A DNA stretch of 62,731 nucleotides, counting the filler, from an uncultured bacterium (GTDB lineage Bacteria; DYJV01), in the NCBI GenBank assembly GCA_964543655.1. It is 4 parts of 4 records of this genome, joined end to end, with 100 filler letters (N's around TTAATTAATTAA, not from the genome) between each part and the next. Parts side by side here need not be neighbours in the genome. Positions count along the whole stretch, not along the records: positions 1 to 26,261 come from CAZIZE010000077.1; positions 26,362 to 43,507 come from CAZIZE010000078.1; 2 more parts are not named here. One strand, written 5' to 3'. The notes under the pieces are model-generated. The model ran no database searches, was not told the origin of the DNA, and worked only from the letters and a program-made list of their open reading frames with translations. The position numbers were made by a program, and so were the translations under genes. Below are positions 18,761 through 29,507 of this stretch, piece after piece (positions within the stretch are counted from its first letter, which is position 1; every line of letters starts with the position of its first letter).

Positions 18761-21700
18761 ATGAATAAAATTTTAAATAACAAACATTTTATTTTTGCAA
18801 TCTTAATAGGCTTAACTTTTATTGGAATAATAGGTTTTTTTAATATAAAACAGAATCTTTTCCCAGATACAGATAGACCACAAATTTCAGTGGTAATAAT
18901 AGAAAAAGGCGCATCAGCAAAAGATATGGCAGAAAATGTTGCTATCCCGGTGGAAAAAGAGCTATATACTCTTGATAAGATTAGAAAGGTAAGCTCCACA
19001 TCTAATGATGAATTTACAGTAATAACAGCAGAATTTGAATATGAAAAAAGTCTTGGTGATGCTGCAACTGACGTTGCCAATGCATTAAACAAAATCAAGG
19101 GAAAGTTACCAGCAGATATAGAGCCTCCACAAATTTACAAAATATCTTCTGCTACAGCACCTGTTATAGTTATAACAGTGTCTCCTAAAAAAGGCACAAA
19201 TTTAAGCCTTGCAGATGTGAGACAGATTGCAGAAAATCAGATTAAAGATAAATTATTAAAATTGAAAAATGTTGCTAATGTTGACGTATTTGGTGGATAT
19301 AAAAAAGAAGTTTTCATAAAAATAGATAAAAACAAATTGAACAAATATAATTTAAGTCTATTTAATGTTATTACTCAAATTAGAAAATTTAATGCTGACA
19401 TACCAGTAGGTTTTATAATTAACAAAAAGAAACAATTTCTTGTTAAAGCAAATAATAAATCTATAAAAATAGATCAATTAAAAAATATTTATATTACTAA
19501 GGATATAAAATTATCAGATATTGCTCAAATTAAATATTCTTATAAAGAAAATAATGCTCTCTATTTTGGTAATGGTGCTCCTGGGATAGCTCTTGCAATT
19601 CAAAGGCAAATTGGAGGAAGTGTTCTTGACGCAATAAAATCTGTAAAAAAAGTTTTACCTGAATTAAAAAAAGAGTATCCTGCACTTAAATTTTCTATTT
19701 CTGATACTCAGGAAAAAATAATAAAATTAAGCAATATAAATATGCTTGAAGCTTTACGAGATGCAATTATAATGACTGCAATAGTAGTGTTTTTCTTTCT
19801 TGCAAACATTAGACAGCTATTTATTGTTGGCCTTTCCATACCATTTGTTTATATAGTTACTATAGCATTTATGTGGTTGCTTGGAATAGAATTTAATATT
19901 GTTACATTAACTGCAATTATTCTTGCTCTGGGACTTTTAATAGATGATGCTGTTGTTATTATTGAAAATATTGAACGGCACTATTATGAGTTAAAAAAAC
20001 CAATTAAAAAAGCTGTAATAGAAGGCACAAGAGAAGTTTTACTTGCAGATTTCTCTGGTACAGTTTCAACAATGGCAATGTTATTTCCTATACTATTTAT
20101 AGGAGATTATCCTCAGCGAATTTTTAGACCTTTTTGTGGCACTTTATTACTAGCATTAGTTGTTTCCTATTTTGTTTCTGTTACCTTTATTCCCATTATA
20201 GCAACTTATTTATTAAAAAAGAACAATGAAAAAAATATATTGGAAAAGTTTTCTTACAGAATACTTCAGTTTTTTCTTCAACCATTTCAAAATTTTATAA
20301 TAAGTGTAGTTAAAACTGTTCTTAACAAAAGATTTTTAATGCTCCCTCTTACAATTCCATTAATTGCTCTCTTTGTAATATCAATGAGAGTTTTAATTCC
20401 TCTACTTGGAAGTGAATTAATGCCTCCTATGGATACAGGTATTGTAAAAGCAAAAATTACCTATGATAGCAATTTATCAGATAAAGTAATTGAAAATAAA
20501 GTTAAGCAGGTTTTAAAAATTTTAAATTCTGACAAAAATGTATTGATGACTTCTCTATCAGTGGGCTCTGAGCCTGGTGTTTTATCAGTTGGTAAAGGAG
20601 GTTCACCTCAATCAATCAGTCTCACAATACATTATATAGATAGATTTCACAGAAAAAAAACAATCTGGCAGATAGAAGATCAATTGAGAGATAAATTGTG
20701 GAAAATTCCTGATACAAAATATGTAGAGGTTTTTGACTATGGTGCTACACCATTGTCAACAATTAAAGGAAATCTCGATGTTATGATTACAGGGAATGAT
20801 TTAAAGACAATAGATAAAATTGGAAATGATATATTAAAAAAATGCTATAATGTAAAGGGTATTACATCATGCTCAAGAACATGGGATATGGATAAAGTTT
20901 CTTACAATCTTGAATTTAATCCAAAAATTTTAAATTATTACAAAATCACTCCTTATGATATTGCAACACAGTTGAGCACCAAAATTACAGGCTCTTTTGT
21001 TTCCTTAATGAATGTTCAAAATGAAAATTCTCTTAAAATAAGATTAATTTATGAAAAAAAACAGAGAAACTTTCTTGAAGATTTAAATTCATTTTACATT
21101 GATACTCCTTCTGGTAAAATTCCATTAACTGCATTGGTAAAATTCAAAAAAATTATAGAACCTACTGTTATTTCAAGGCAAGGATTAAAATATTCACTTG
21201 ATGTTATAGGTTATAGACAAAAAGCTGCTATTACTCACATAGTTGAAAGTTTTAAAAAAGAAGTTAAAAATTATAAAATACCTGATGGCTATAAAATGTC
21301 AAATGAGGGCGATCTGAAACAGCTAAAGGATTCTATGGGAAGAATGATTAAAGGTTTTTTAATTGGACTTGTACTTCTTTTCCTTACCATGGTACCTATT
21401 TTTAAATCATTTAAAAGCCCTGTTGCCATATTTGTAGCTATTCCTCTATCAATGCTTGGTGGTATATGGGGATTATTTTTCTGGAACTATCATAGGGCTA
21501 TGCCTGCTGTTATGGGACTTATTTTGCTTGCAGGGATTATTGTAAATAATTCAATATTATTAATAGATTTTATTCAAGAAGCACTGCAAAAAGGTACAGA
21601 TATAAAAGATGCTATTATCAATAGTATAAAAATTAGGACAAGACCTGTGTTAATGACTGCTTTTGGAACTGCTGTTGGAATGCTTCCCATTGCAATGGGA

Positions 21701-21838
21701 AATGCACTTGGTCTTGAAAGATTGGCTCCACTTGGTGCAGTAGCAATAGGAGGTTTAATATTAGGTACTTTTCTAACTTTAATATATGTGCCTCTATTTT
21801 ACTACTTTATTTCAAACATAAGATTATGGAGAAAATAG
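18761..21838 (+). CDS. RND efflux permease
   Basis: 1025 aa; GLLIDDAVVIIENI, GIIVNNSILLIDF, RTRPVLMTA. Confidence 0.93.
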   Translation: MNKILNNKHFIFAILIGLTFIGIIGFFNIKQNLFPDTDRPQISVVIIEKGASAKDMAENVAIPVEKELYTLDKIRKVSSTSNDEFTVITAEFEYEKSLGDAATDVANALNKIKGKLPADIEPPQIYKISSATAPVIVITVSPKKGTNLSLADVRQIAENQIKDKLLKLKNVANVDVFGGYKKEVFIKIDKNKLNKYNLSLFNVITQIRKFNADIPVGFIINKKKQFLVKANNKSIKIDQLKNIYITKDIKLSDIAQIKYSYKENNALYFGNGAPGIALAIQRQIGGSVLDAIKSVKKVLPELKKEYPALKFSISDTQEKIIKLSNINMLEALRDAIIMTAIVVFFFLANIRQLFIVGLSIPFVYIVTIAFMWLLGIEFNIVTLTAIILALGLLIDDAVVIIENIERHYYELKKPIKKAVIEGTREVLLADFSGTVSTMAMLFPILFIGDYPQRIFRPFCGTLLLALVVSYFVSVTFIPIIATYLLKKNNEKNILEKFSYRILQFFLQPFQNFIISVVKTVLNKRFLMLPLTIPLIALFVISMRVLIPLLGSELMPPMDTGIVKAKITYDSNLSDKVIENKVKQVLKILNSDKNVLMTSLSVGSEPGVLSVGKGGSPQSISLTIHYIDRFHRKKTIWQIEDQLRDKLWKIPDTKYVEVFDYGATPLSTIKGNLDVMITGNDLKTIDKIGNDILKKCYNVKGITSCSRTWDMDKVSYNLEFNPKILNYYKITPYDIATQLSTKITGSFVSLMNVQNENSLKIRLIYEKKQRNFLEDLNSFYIDTPSGKIPLTALVKFKKIIEPTVISRQGLKYSLDVIGYRQKAAITHIVESFKKEVKNYKIPDGYKMSNEGDLKQLKDSMGRMIKGFLIGLVLLFLTMVPIFKSFKSPVAIFVAIPLSMLGGIWGLFFWNYHRAMPAVMGLILLAGIIVNNSILLIDFIQEALQKGTDIKDAIINSIKIRTRPVLMTAFGTAVGMLPIAMGNALGLERLAPLGAVAIGGLILGTFLTLIYVPLFYYFISNIRLWRK

Positions 21839-21883
21839 GATGCAACATTGATAAATTTGTAAAAAAATGTTATTTATTAATTA

Positions 21884-24448
21884 ATGAGTGTAAAAAATAT
21901 AGATACTCTGTTTAATCCTAATAGTGTAGCAGTTGTTGGTAATTTTAATGACGGATTATGCAAAGGTAACATTATTTTAAAAAATTTAAAAAACTTTAAG
22001 GGTAAAATCTTTGCATTAACACCAGACAACTTTAAAATACCACAACAAATTGATGTAGCTTTCTTTACCTGCCCTCTTAATCAGGTATTAGAAATTTTAT
22101 CAAAAGTAGAAGATTCAAAACTTACCAATATTATTATTAGTGAAAGTTTAAAAAATGAAAAAGAAAAAAATATTTCAAAAAAAATAATGGAGGTATCAAA
22201 AGAGAAAAATCTTAACATATTAGGTTTTAATTCAACAGGAATAATTAATCCACGTTTGGGATTAAATTTATCTTTTTATCAAAGTATGCCTCAAGATGGA
22301 GATATTGTTTTAATTTCCCAGAGTGGTGCTATTCTCACTTCAATGCTGGATTTTGCTGAAAAAAATAACATAGGTTTTAGATATATTGCAAGTATAGGCA
22401 CTATTGCTGATATTGATTATGCTGATATTATTGATTATCTCTGGGGTGAATCTGATGTGAAGGTTATTCTTCTTTACATTGAGTATGTTAAAAATACTCA
22501 CAAATTTTTAAGCTCTGCCCGTCACACATCAAGGATTAAACCAATTCTATCAGTTAAAAGCGGCAACAACATATATAGTTCTAAATTAATAGAGCATAGA
22601 ATTATTAATTTAGTTGGTGATTTTCTTGTTTATGACAATGCTTTTAGAAGAGCTGGTATTATTAGAGTTGAAGATATAAATGAAATAATTCTTGCAGGAA
22701 ATATTATTTCAAAAACAAGGATTCCAGAAGGTGACCAGCTCTGTGTTATTACAAATTCTGGTGGTAGTGGAATTATTGTTCTTGATGAGCTTCATAATAA
22801 AAAATTAAATATAGCAAAATTTGATAATGAGTTTATTAAAGAGCTTAAAAAAAGTAAGATAAATTTTGAATATGTTAATAATCCAATAGATTTATCAGGA
22901 GAGGCTGATGAACTTGACTATGTAAAATGTGGAGAAAAATGTTTAAAATATGCTAAATTTGACACAGTTATGGTAGTGATTGTTTTAAATGGAAGAATTA
23001 ACCCTCTATTTATTGTAAAGCAGCTTATAAAGTCAAATATTTACCATAAAAATCTTATTTTCATCTGCCTCGGAGGAAATGATTTTTACAGAGAAAATTT
23101 ACAACAATATGAAAATGTGTTCTTCACTATAAAAGAGGCTATAGATTCTTACTACTATGGACTAAGTTACAGATTAAAATTGAAAAAACTTATTGCCACA
23201 CCACCACGATTCCATTCTGAGCTTAAATTTGACTATTCAAAAGCAAAAGAATTAATAGAAAATAATCTAAAAAACAACAAAAGAGAATTAAATTACATAG
23301 AATCAAAACTACTTTTAAAGTATTATACAATTCCCTGTATCAAATTTAACTCAATAAAAAACTTTAATGAAATAAAAAATATTTTTCATCTTGCAGAGGA
23401 AATTTCTTATCCATTAAACCTTACTCTACTTTCAAAAAATTTTAAAAAAGTTCAAAGCAAGCTAATTGAATCACCCAAAATTCTGAAAAAATATATTCAA
23501 GAAATAGTTGATTTTAAATCTGACTTTGGGATGATTTTATTGGAAGAATTTATTGAAAACATAGATATTGTTTTACAAGCAGGGATAAAAACTGATAAGC
23601 AGTTTGGGCCATACATATTTTTAGGGCTTGGAGGCAGGTATAAAGACATTACAGATGAAATTTCAATTATGCTACCACCGTTAAATAAATTTTTAGCAAA
23701 ACGACTTATTGAAAAATCTTATATGTATAAATTTCTTTATAAATTAAATGTAGTTGAGAGCCTTGAGGAAATTTTAATTAAACTATCATATTTAAGCAGT
23801 GATTTCTCAGAGATAGATGAATTAATTATTGACCCTCTAATTTGCTCTAATAAAAGCTTTTCTGCATTAAATTGCTTTGTAAAGATTAAACCATCAAAAA
23901 TTCCAGCACCAAAACATTTTGTAATTGCTCCCTACCCTAATCAATATGAGTTTCATGAAAAAGCCAAAAATGGGGCACATATTTTAATTAGACCAATTAT
24001 GCCTGAAGATGAATTAATGCATTTAAAATTTTTCTACTCCCTTTCAAAAGAGACAAATTATTATAGATTTTTCAGCTATAGAAGAAAGTTAAGTCACGAA
24101 CAACTTGCAAGCTTCACACAAATTGATTATGGTAGAGAAATAGCTATTGTTGCCATTACTAAAATAAATGGAGAAGATACAATTATAGGTGTTAACAGGC
24201 TTGTTTATTATCCAAATGAAGATAAATATGAATTCGCTATTGTTGTTACAGATGATTGGCAAGATCAGGGTATTGGCCATATTTTAATGGAAAAGCTTCT
24301 TTACATTGCTAAAGATAGGGGGATAAAAGAGATTTATGGTTCTGTACTTGCAATTAACAGAAAAATGATTAGTTTTTGCAGAAAATTTGGATTTGAAATA
24401 GTAGATTCTGATAATGAGATAATCTATTTTAAAAAAGTATTAACTTAA
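21884..24448 (+). CDS. Acetate-CoA ligase-like / GNAT fusion (Pat/PatZ-type lysine acetyltransferase)
   Basis: LISQSGA, ITNSGGSG, NNPIDL, FGP, then IRPI.PED...YYRFF...QIDY.RE.A...DDWQDQGIG GNAT domain. Confidence 0.85.
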   Translation: MSVKNIDTLFNPNSVAVVGNFNDGLCKGNIILKNLKNFKGKIFALTPDNFKIPQQIDVAFFTCPLNQVLEILSKVEDSKLTNIIISESLKNEKEKNISKKIMEVSKEKNLNILGFNSTGIINPRLGLNLSFYQSMPQDGDIVLISQSGAILTSMLDFAEKNNIGFRYIASIGTIADIDYADIIDYLWGESDVKVILLYIEYVKNTHKFLSSARHTSRIKPILSVKSGNNIYSSKLIEHRIINLVGDFLVYDNAFRRAGIIRVEDINEIILAGNIISKTRIPEGDQLCVITNSGGSGIIVLDELHNKKLNIAKFDNEFIKELKKSKINFEYVNNPIDLSGEADELDYVKCGEKCLKYAKFDTVMVVIVLNGRINPLFIVKQLIKSNIYHKNLIFICLGGNDFYRENLQQYENVFFTIKEAIDSYYYGLSYRLKLKKLIATPPRFHSELKFDYSKAKELIENNLKNNKRELNYIESKLLLKYYTIPCIKFNSIKNFNEIKNIFHLAEEISYPLNLTLLSKNFKKVQSKLIESPKILKKYIQEIVDFKSDFGMILLEEFIENIDIVLQAGIKTDKQFGPYIFLGLGGRYKDITDEISIMLPPLNKFLAKRLIEKSYMYKFLYKLNVVESLEEILIKLSYLSSDFSEIDELIIDPLICSNKSFSALNCFVKIKPSKIPAPKHFVIAPYPNQYEFHEKAKNGAHILIRPIMPEDELMHLKFFYSLSKETNYYRFFSYRRKLSHEQLASFTQIDYGREIAIVAITKINGEDTIIGVNRLVYYPNEDKYEFAIVVTDDWQDQGIGHILMEKLLYIAKDRGIKEIYGSVLAINRKMISFCRKFGFEIVDSDNEIIYFKKVLT

Positions 24449-24449
24449 T

Positions 24450-24467
24450 GGGGAGCCATAAGCTCCC
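24450..24467. terminator. Hairpin between convergent genes
   Basis: GGGAGC-CATAA-GCTCCC. Confidence 0.55.
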
Positions 24468-24476
24468 CAATATTAA

Positions 24477-25829
24477 CTAACTTTTAACCTCTGGTAATCT
24501 TTTGAGAGCTTCATCAATATACTTTTCATCAAGTGAATAATCAATTAACTCGTTATTATTAAACTTATCATATGATGCAAGGTCAAAATGACCATGACCA
24601 CTTAAATTAAATACTATTGTCTTAGGTTGATTTTCTTCTTTTGCCTTAATCGCTTCATCAATTGCAGCTTTAACTGCATGAGCTGATTCCGGAGCAACTA
24701 TTAATCCTTCTAATCGAGCAAAATCTATTGCTGCTTTAAATACTTCAACCTGAGAGTAAGCTTTTGGAGTTATAAGACCTTTATAGGTAAAATAGCTAAC
24801 AAGAGGTGCCATACCATGGTATCTCAAACCACCTGCATGAATTGAAGGTGGCATAAAATCATGGCCAAGAGTAAACATTTTTAAAATAGGAGTCAATCCT
24901 GCAAGATCACCATAATCAAATGCATACAACCCTTTTGTAAGTGTTGGGCATGCTGTAGGTTCAACAGCAATGATATCTATTTTTTTACCATTCATTTTTT
25001 CTCTAATATATGGAAACGCAAGTCCTGCAAAATTACTTCCACCACCAACACAACCAATTACAACATCAGGATAATCACCTATTATTTCAAATTGCTTAAT
25101 TGCTTCCTCTCCAATAATAGTTTGATGTAGACACACATGGTTTAAAACACTACCAAGAGCATAATTTGTATCTTTATTAGTAGCAGCATCTTCAACTGCT
25201 TCACTAATGGCAATACCAAGGGAACCTTGATTATCTGGGTCCTCTGCAAGAATCTTTTTCCCAATTTGAGTTAGATTGCTCGGGCTTGGAATAACCTTGC
25301 CACCCCAGGTCTCTATCATAAATTTTCTATACGGTTTCTGATTAAAGCTAACTTTAACCATATATACCATTATTTCAAGGCCAAAGTAAGCTCCAGCAAG
25401 CGAAAGAGCACTCCCCCACTGTCCAGCACCAGTTTCAGTAGCAAGCCTTTTTATACCAGCTTTTTTGTTATAATAAGCTTGGGCAACTGCTGTATTAGGT
25501 TTGTGACTTCCAGCAGGGCTAACGCCCTCATACTTAAAATATATTTTGGCAGGTGTTTGCAAATATTGCTCTAATCTTGTCGCTCTCATCAATGGAGATG
25601 GACGCCATATTTTATAAATATCTAAAACTTCTTCAGGAATATCTATGAATCTCTCTGTGGAAACTTCCTGCATTATTAATTCTTCTGGGAAAATTACAGC
25701 AAGGTCATTAGGTGTAACTGGTTCTTTAGTTTCTGGATTAATTGGTGGTGGGAGTTGTTCATCCATATCTGCTTGAATATTATACCATTTTTTGGGCATT
25801 TCATTTTGTGGTAAATCAATTCTTTTCAT
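24477..25829 (-). CDS. trpB: Tryptophan synthase beta chain type 2 (TrpB2)
   Basis: GSHKPNTA (PLP lysine), [31 protein letters not shown]. Confidence 0.93.
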   Translation of the reverse strand: MKRIDLPQNEMPKKWYNIQADMDEQLPPPINPETKEPVTPNDLAVIFPEELIMQEVSTERFIDIPEEVLDIYKIWRPSPLMRATRLEQYLQTPAKIYFKYEGVSPAGSHKPNTAVAQAYYNKKAGIKRLATETGAGQWGSALSLAGAYFGLEIMVYMVKVSFNQKPYRKFMIETWGGKVIPSPSNLTQIGKKILAEDPDNQGSLGIAISEAVEDAATNKDTNYALGSVLNHVCLHQTIIGEEAIKQFEIIGDYPDVVIGCVGGGSNFAGLAFPYIREKMNGKKIDIIAVEPTACPTLTKGLYAFDYGDLAGLTPILKMFTLGHDFMPPSIHAGGLRYHGMAPLVSYFTYKGLITPKAYSQVEVFKAAIDFARLEGLIVAPESAHAVKAAIDEAIKAKEENQPKTIVFNLSGHGHFDLASYDKFNNNELIDYSLDEKYIDEALKRLPEVKS

Positions 25830-25862
25830 TATTGCCTCCTAAATTTAGATAATTTGTAGCTA

Positions 25863-25980
25863 TTAATCAAAAAAGCCGCTGATAAACCAGCGGCTCTGTA
25901 TCATATATTAAAAATTAATAATGCAATTAATACTACTTTAATCATATTTTAACCTTATAATTAATTAAAAAGCTTGTCAA
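25863..25980 (-). promoter_or_regulatory. trpB2 leader: promoter, two overlapping mini-ORFs and an intrinsic terminator (attenuator-like)
   Basis: TTGACA at 25980-25975; ORFs 25945-25901 and 25904-25863; hairpin AGCCGCTG-GTTTAT-CAGCGGCT-TTTTT. Confidence 0.55.
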
Positions 25981-26072
25981 GAAAAATATTACAATGTTTG
26001 AATTTTATAATATTTTAAAAAATGAAATGAAATTTTGAATTGATTTAAAATAGTAAACTTTGTTATATTTCA

Positions 26073-26146
26073 TGCCCCCAGCAGGATTCGAACCTGCGGC
26101 ACATGGATTAGGAATCCATTGCTCTATCCTTCTGAGCTATGGGGGC
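26073..26146 (-). tRNA. tRNA-Arg (CCT)
   Basis: GCCCCCATAGCTCAGAAGGATAGAGC-A-ATGGA-TTCCTAA-TCCAT...GGTTCGAATCC...TGGGGGCA; CCA not encoded. Confidence 0.95.
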
Positions 26147-26261
26147 ATATTGAGTTTTTGCTGATATTAAAAGGATTGATAGCCTTTTTAATTTCTTTTG
26201 TCAAGTATAAAAAATCGTAAAAATAAGGTAAAATTATGCAAGTTTTGTTAGCAAATTGTTA

Positions 26262-26361
26262 NNNNNNNNNNNNNNNNNNNNNNNNNNNNNNNNNNNNNNN
26301 NNNNNTTAATTAATTAANNNNNNNNNNNNNNNNNNNNNNNNNNNNNNNNNNNNNNNNNNNN
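26262..26361. other. Assembly gap with artificial linker
   Basis: N44-TTAATTAATTAA-N44. Confidence 0.97.
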
Positions 26362-26819
26362 GGTTTATCATATTCATCTATTAAAATTACTACTTTGGAG
26401 CTGTATTTTTCAAAACATAACTCTATTAATTCTTCAAAACATCCTGCAAAATTCTCTGTTGAACAATTGATTTTTAAGTGTTTCTGATTTTGTTTTAATA
26501 TCCTATTTATTTTATACTTAATCATTTCTTCATCTGTATAATCACCGCTACCAAAGCTTATTCTAATAACAGGATGAGGTTTAAAATCGTATTTATCATA
26601 AATATAAAGCCCTTTAAAAAGGTCTCTGCTACCAAGAAATATCTCTGATAATGTATCAAGAAATAGAGATTTGCCAAATCTTCTTGGACGGGATAGAAAA
26701 AAATATTTACCTGAAGTTATTAATTTATAAGCAAAAGTAGTTTTATCAACATATAAATAGTTTTCCTGGATTATTTCACTAAAGGTCTGTATGCCTATGG
26801 GAAGCTTTTTTAGGTTCAT
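26362..26819 (-). CDS. AAA-ATPase-like protein, N-terminal part (family usually fused to a PD-(D/E)XK domain); truncated by gap
   Basis: KKLPIGIQTF..I....YLYVDKT, FLSRPRRFGKSL, VVILIDEYDK. Confidence 0.88.
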
Positions 26820-27070
26820 ATTAGTAAATTATCAGAAATTTTGGATAAATTCAAGGGATATTTAGGAATGGGGTATAGAGATTAGGATTTATACAACTTT
26901 CTACTTGAAATGACATTTGCAATATTCTTAATTTATAGTGATTAAAGTATCTTTCAACGTTAAACTATGAACGTTGAAAGTTGTATAAAAAAGTCATTCA
27001 GACCCTGAGCAGAGAGGCAGGGGAGATTACTTTCTCTGGTCAATAGAAAAAAAGCTAATGGGACAAAAAG

Positions 27071-27154
27071 TGCCGGGGGTGGGACTCGAACCCACACGGG
27101 ATTGCTCCCACTGGATTTTGAGTCCAGCGCGTCTGCCAGTTTCACCACCCCGGC
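27071..27154 (-). tRNA. tRNA-Leu (CAA)
   Basis: GCCGGGGTGGTGAAACTGGCAGACGCG-CTGGA-CTCAAAA-TCCAG, long variable arm, GGTTCGAGTCC; TTGACA upstream. Confidence 0.95.
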
Positions 27155-27342
27155 AAATGTAGATTTAGTCGATAACACTAAATTCAACACTTGTCAAGCA
27201 AAATCAAGATGTTTCTGCTCTTTAAAAATACAATGACAAAGAGAAAATACAATATAAATTTTTTTAAAAAAGTTCATATTTATTATAGAAGTTGACATTT
27301 GGAGAGGTTTAGCAAGGAAAATCTCTTTCTCTAAAGTTATTT

Positions 27343-28614
27343 TTATATAATATAGATTTGAATATCAGCAACATTAGTTCCTGTTAAGCCAGTTAATATT
27401 AAGCCACCTGTTTTTTCAAAAAAATTATAAGAATCATTTTTTTCTAAAAAATCTTTCCATTTCAAATTCAACATTAAAGCTCTTTCCACTATATCTTCAT
27501 CTATATAAGCTCCAGCAGCATCAGTAGGCCCATCAATACCATCTGTACCAATAGAAAGAAATAAACCCTTATTTTTTTTAATAAATGGAAACATTGAAAG
27601 TGCAAGTTCCTGATTCCTTCCACCTTTACCACTACCCTTCACTGTAACTGTTGTTTCTCCACCAGAGATTAAAGCAAATAAATTACTTGAATTCATTGAA
27701 AATTCTTCTATTTTACTGCTAAGATATTTAGCAGCAAGTTGTGCCTCACCTTTTAAATTTGAGCCTATGTAAAATACTTGAAAACCTTTTCCTTTTAAAA
27801 AAAGCTCTACCTCTTTACAAGCCCTGTAATTATTTGCAATTATTACATTTAAAACCTTTAATTTTTCAAATTCTTTCTTTTTTAATGTTTCATCCTTACT
27901 ATTTTTAAAAATTTTTATTACACTTTCTGGAACCTTATTTATAATACCATATTTTTTTAAAACATTAAGTGAATCTTCATAGGTAGTATTGTCAAAATAG
28001 GTCACTCCAGATGCTATTGTATCAAGCGAATCTCCTATTACATCTGAAATTATTAAAGATATTAATGTTGCTCTGATTTTTTTTAATAACATTCCACCTT
28101 TAATAAAGGATAGATGCTTTCTCACTGAATTTATTTCATGAATATTTGCTCCAGCCTGCAGCAGCAGCCTATTAACAATTTTAAGCTCTTCTAATTCTAT
28201 TTTGGGATATTCAACCATTGCGGAGCCTCCACCAGATAGTAAGAAAATTATCAAATCTTTTTCAGTTGCCTCTAAAACCAAATTATAAATCTTTTTACCA
28301 GCTTTTAAGCTATTTTCATCAGGGATAGGGTGCCCAGCTTTTATATATGGAAATTTGAAATTTTGATTTTGCTGATTTCCAACAACAATAATCTCACTAA
28401 AATTAATCTTATTAAAAAAAAATTTTGCCATACTAACACTTGCTTTACCAAAAGCAATTAAAAAAATTTTTCTAAAATCTTTGAAAAAAAATTTTCTCCC
28501 ATTAATTGAAATAGTATCCTTTTTTATAACAACACTCTCTTTCAAGCAATTTTCAGGGAGAACAGAATCAATACCTCTTTTAATAGCATCAAATGCTATT
28601 TCTTTTAAATTCAT
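27343..28614 (-). CDS. Glycerate kinase type 2 (MOFRL family)
   Basis: AFGKAS, GHPIPD, LSGGGSA, ISDVIGD, SGGETTV, GGRNQE, GTDGIDG, TGTNVAD. Confidence 0.92.
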   Translation of the reverse strand: MNLKEIAFDAIKRGIDSVLPENCLKESVVIKKDTISINGRKFFFKDFRKIFLIAFGKASVSMAKFFFNKINFSEIIVVGNQQNQNFKFPYIKAGHPIPDENSLKAGKKIYNLVLEATEKDLIIFLLSGGGSAMVEYPKIELEELKIVNRLLLQAGANIHEINSVRKHLSFIKGGMLLKKIRATLISLIISDVIGDSLDTIASGVTYFDNTTYEDSLNVLKKYGIINKVPESVIKIFKNSKDETLKKKEFEKLKVLNVIIANNYRACKEVELFLKGKGFQVFYIGSNLKGEAQLAAKYLSSKIEEFSMNSSNLFALISGGETTVTVKGSGKGGRNQELALSMFPFIKKNKGLFLSIGTDGIDGPTDAAGAYIDEDIVERALMLNLKWKDFLEKNDSYNFFEKTGGLILTGLTGTNVADIQIYII

Positions 28615-28615
28615 T

Positions 28616-29314
28616 TTACTTCTCTGTGATTTTTCTATATTCTTTAATAACGTATTGCAAATGATTTTTCATTGCTTTCTCTGCAAGCTCTGGCTCCTGC
28701 TCTTTTATAAATTTGAAAATCTCTTTATGCTGAATCAAAAGCTGCTCCTGTGATTCTCTTGAAACAAATATTACCTCTCTGTAAAATTTTAGAGAAGAAC
28801 TTATCAAATTATGAACTGTATCTGTAATGTGTATATAAATTAAATTTTTTGTACTTGTTGCTACTGTCATATGAAAATCAAAATCTGTCTTAAAATTGAT
28901 AATATTTTCTGTAAAATAGTATTCCATCCTATTAATTATATTTTCAAGCTTTTTAATATCTTGCTCTGTTCTGTTAATTGCAGCATCTTTAGCACCATAT
29001 GCTTCAAGATATGCTCTGATTTTAGTAAGCTCAACTATTTTTCTTTCATCTTTAGTTAAAAGTAATTGCAAAGGATTTTTAATAGTATCCTCTGTTGCAT
29101 TTTTAATAATTGTACGCTTGCCATGTGCAGTTTTAATAAAACCTGACAACTCTAAATATTTCAAAGCTTCCCTAATAGAAGCTCTGCTTACTTTAAATAT
29201 TTCAGAAAGCTTTCTCTCTGATGGTAGAGGCTCTCCTATTTGAAATTTTCCCTTTGCTATTAAATCAAGAATCTGTTTTGCTACTTTATCAGGGACAGAT
29301 TCAATATTAAACAT
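28616..29314 (-). CDS. GntR/FadR-family regulator
   Basis: LPSERKLSEIFKVSRASIREAL helix-turn-helix; FCD domain DFDFH...H. Confidence 0.92.
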   Translation of the reverse strand: MFNIESVPDKVAKQILDLIAKGKFQIGEPLPSERKLSEIFKVSRASIREALKYLELSGFIKTAHGKRTIIKNATEDTIKNPLQLLLTKDERKIVELTKIRAYLEAYGAKDAAINRTEQDIKKLENIINRMEYYFTENIINFKTDFDFHMTVATSTKNLIYIHITDTVHNLISSSLKFYREVIFVSRESQEQLLIQHKEIFKFIKEQEPELAEKAMKNHLQYVIKEYRKITEK

Positions 29315-29360
29315 TACAATTTTCTCCTTGACTTTTATAATAGTGTTTGTTAAATAACTT

Positions 29361-29378
29361 TAACTGGTCAGACCAATA
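29361..29378. promoter_or_regulatory. FadR-subfamily operator
   Basis: TGGTCAGACCA palindrome (LldR/PdhR/GlcC-like) in the divergent intergenic region. Confidence 0.75.
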
Positions 29379-29507
29379 TTTTAATATTTATCTATATAAG
29401 AAAGGGTTTCAATTGTCAATTTTTTTTCATTTTTCCAATTTTTACTTATCTTTTATCCAGAAAGATTCAAATCTTGTTTTACCATTTTTATATAACAGGA
29501 GTGTATC

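Noticed and set aside
26306-26317. TTAATTAATTAA palindrome repeated three times (also 43552 and 58159)
   Set aside because: Artificial six-frame-stop scaffold linker within N runs
26960-27190. 76-aa ORF on the minus strand
   Set aside because: Overlaps tRNA-Leu; spurious
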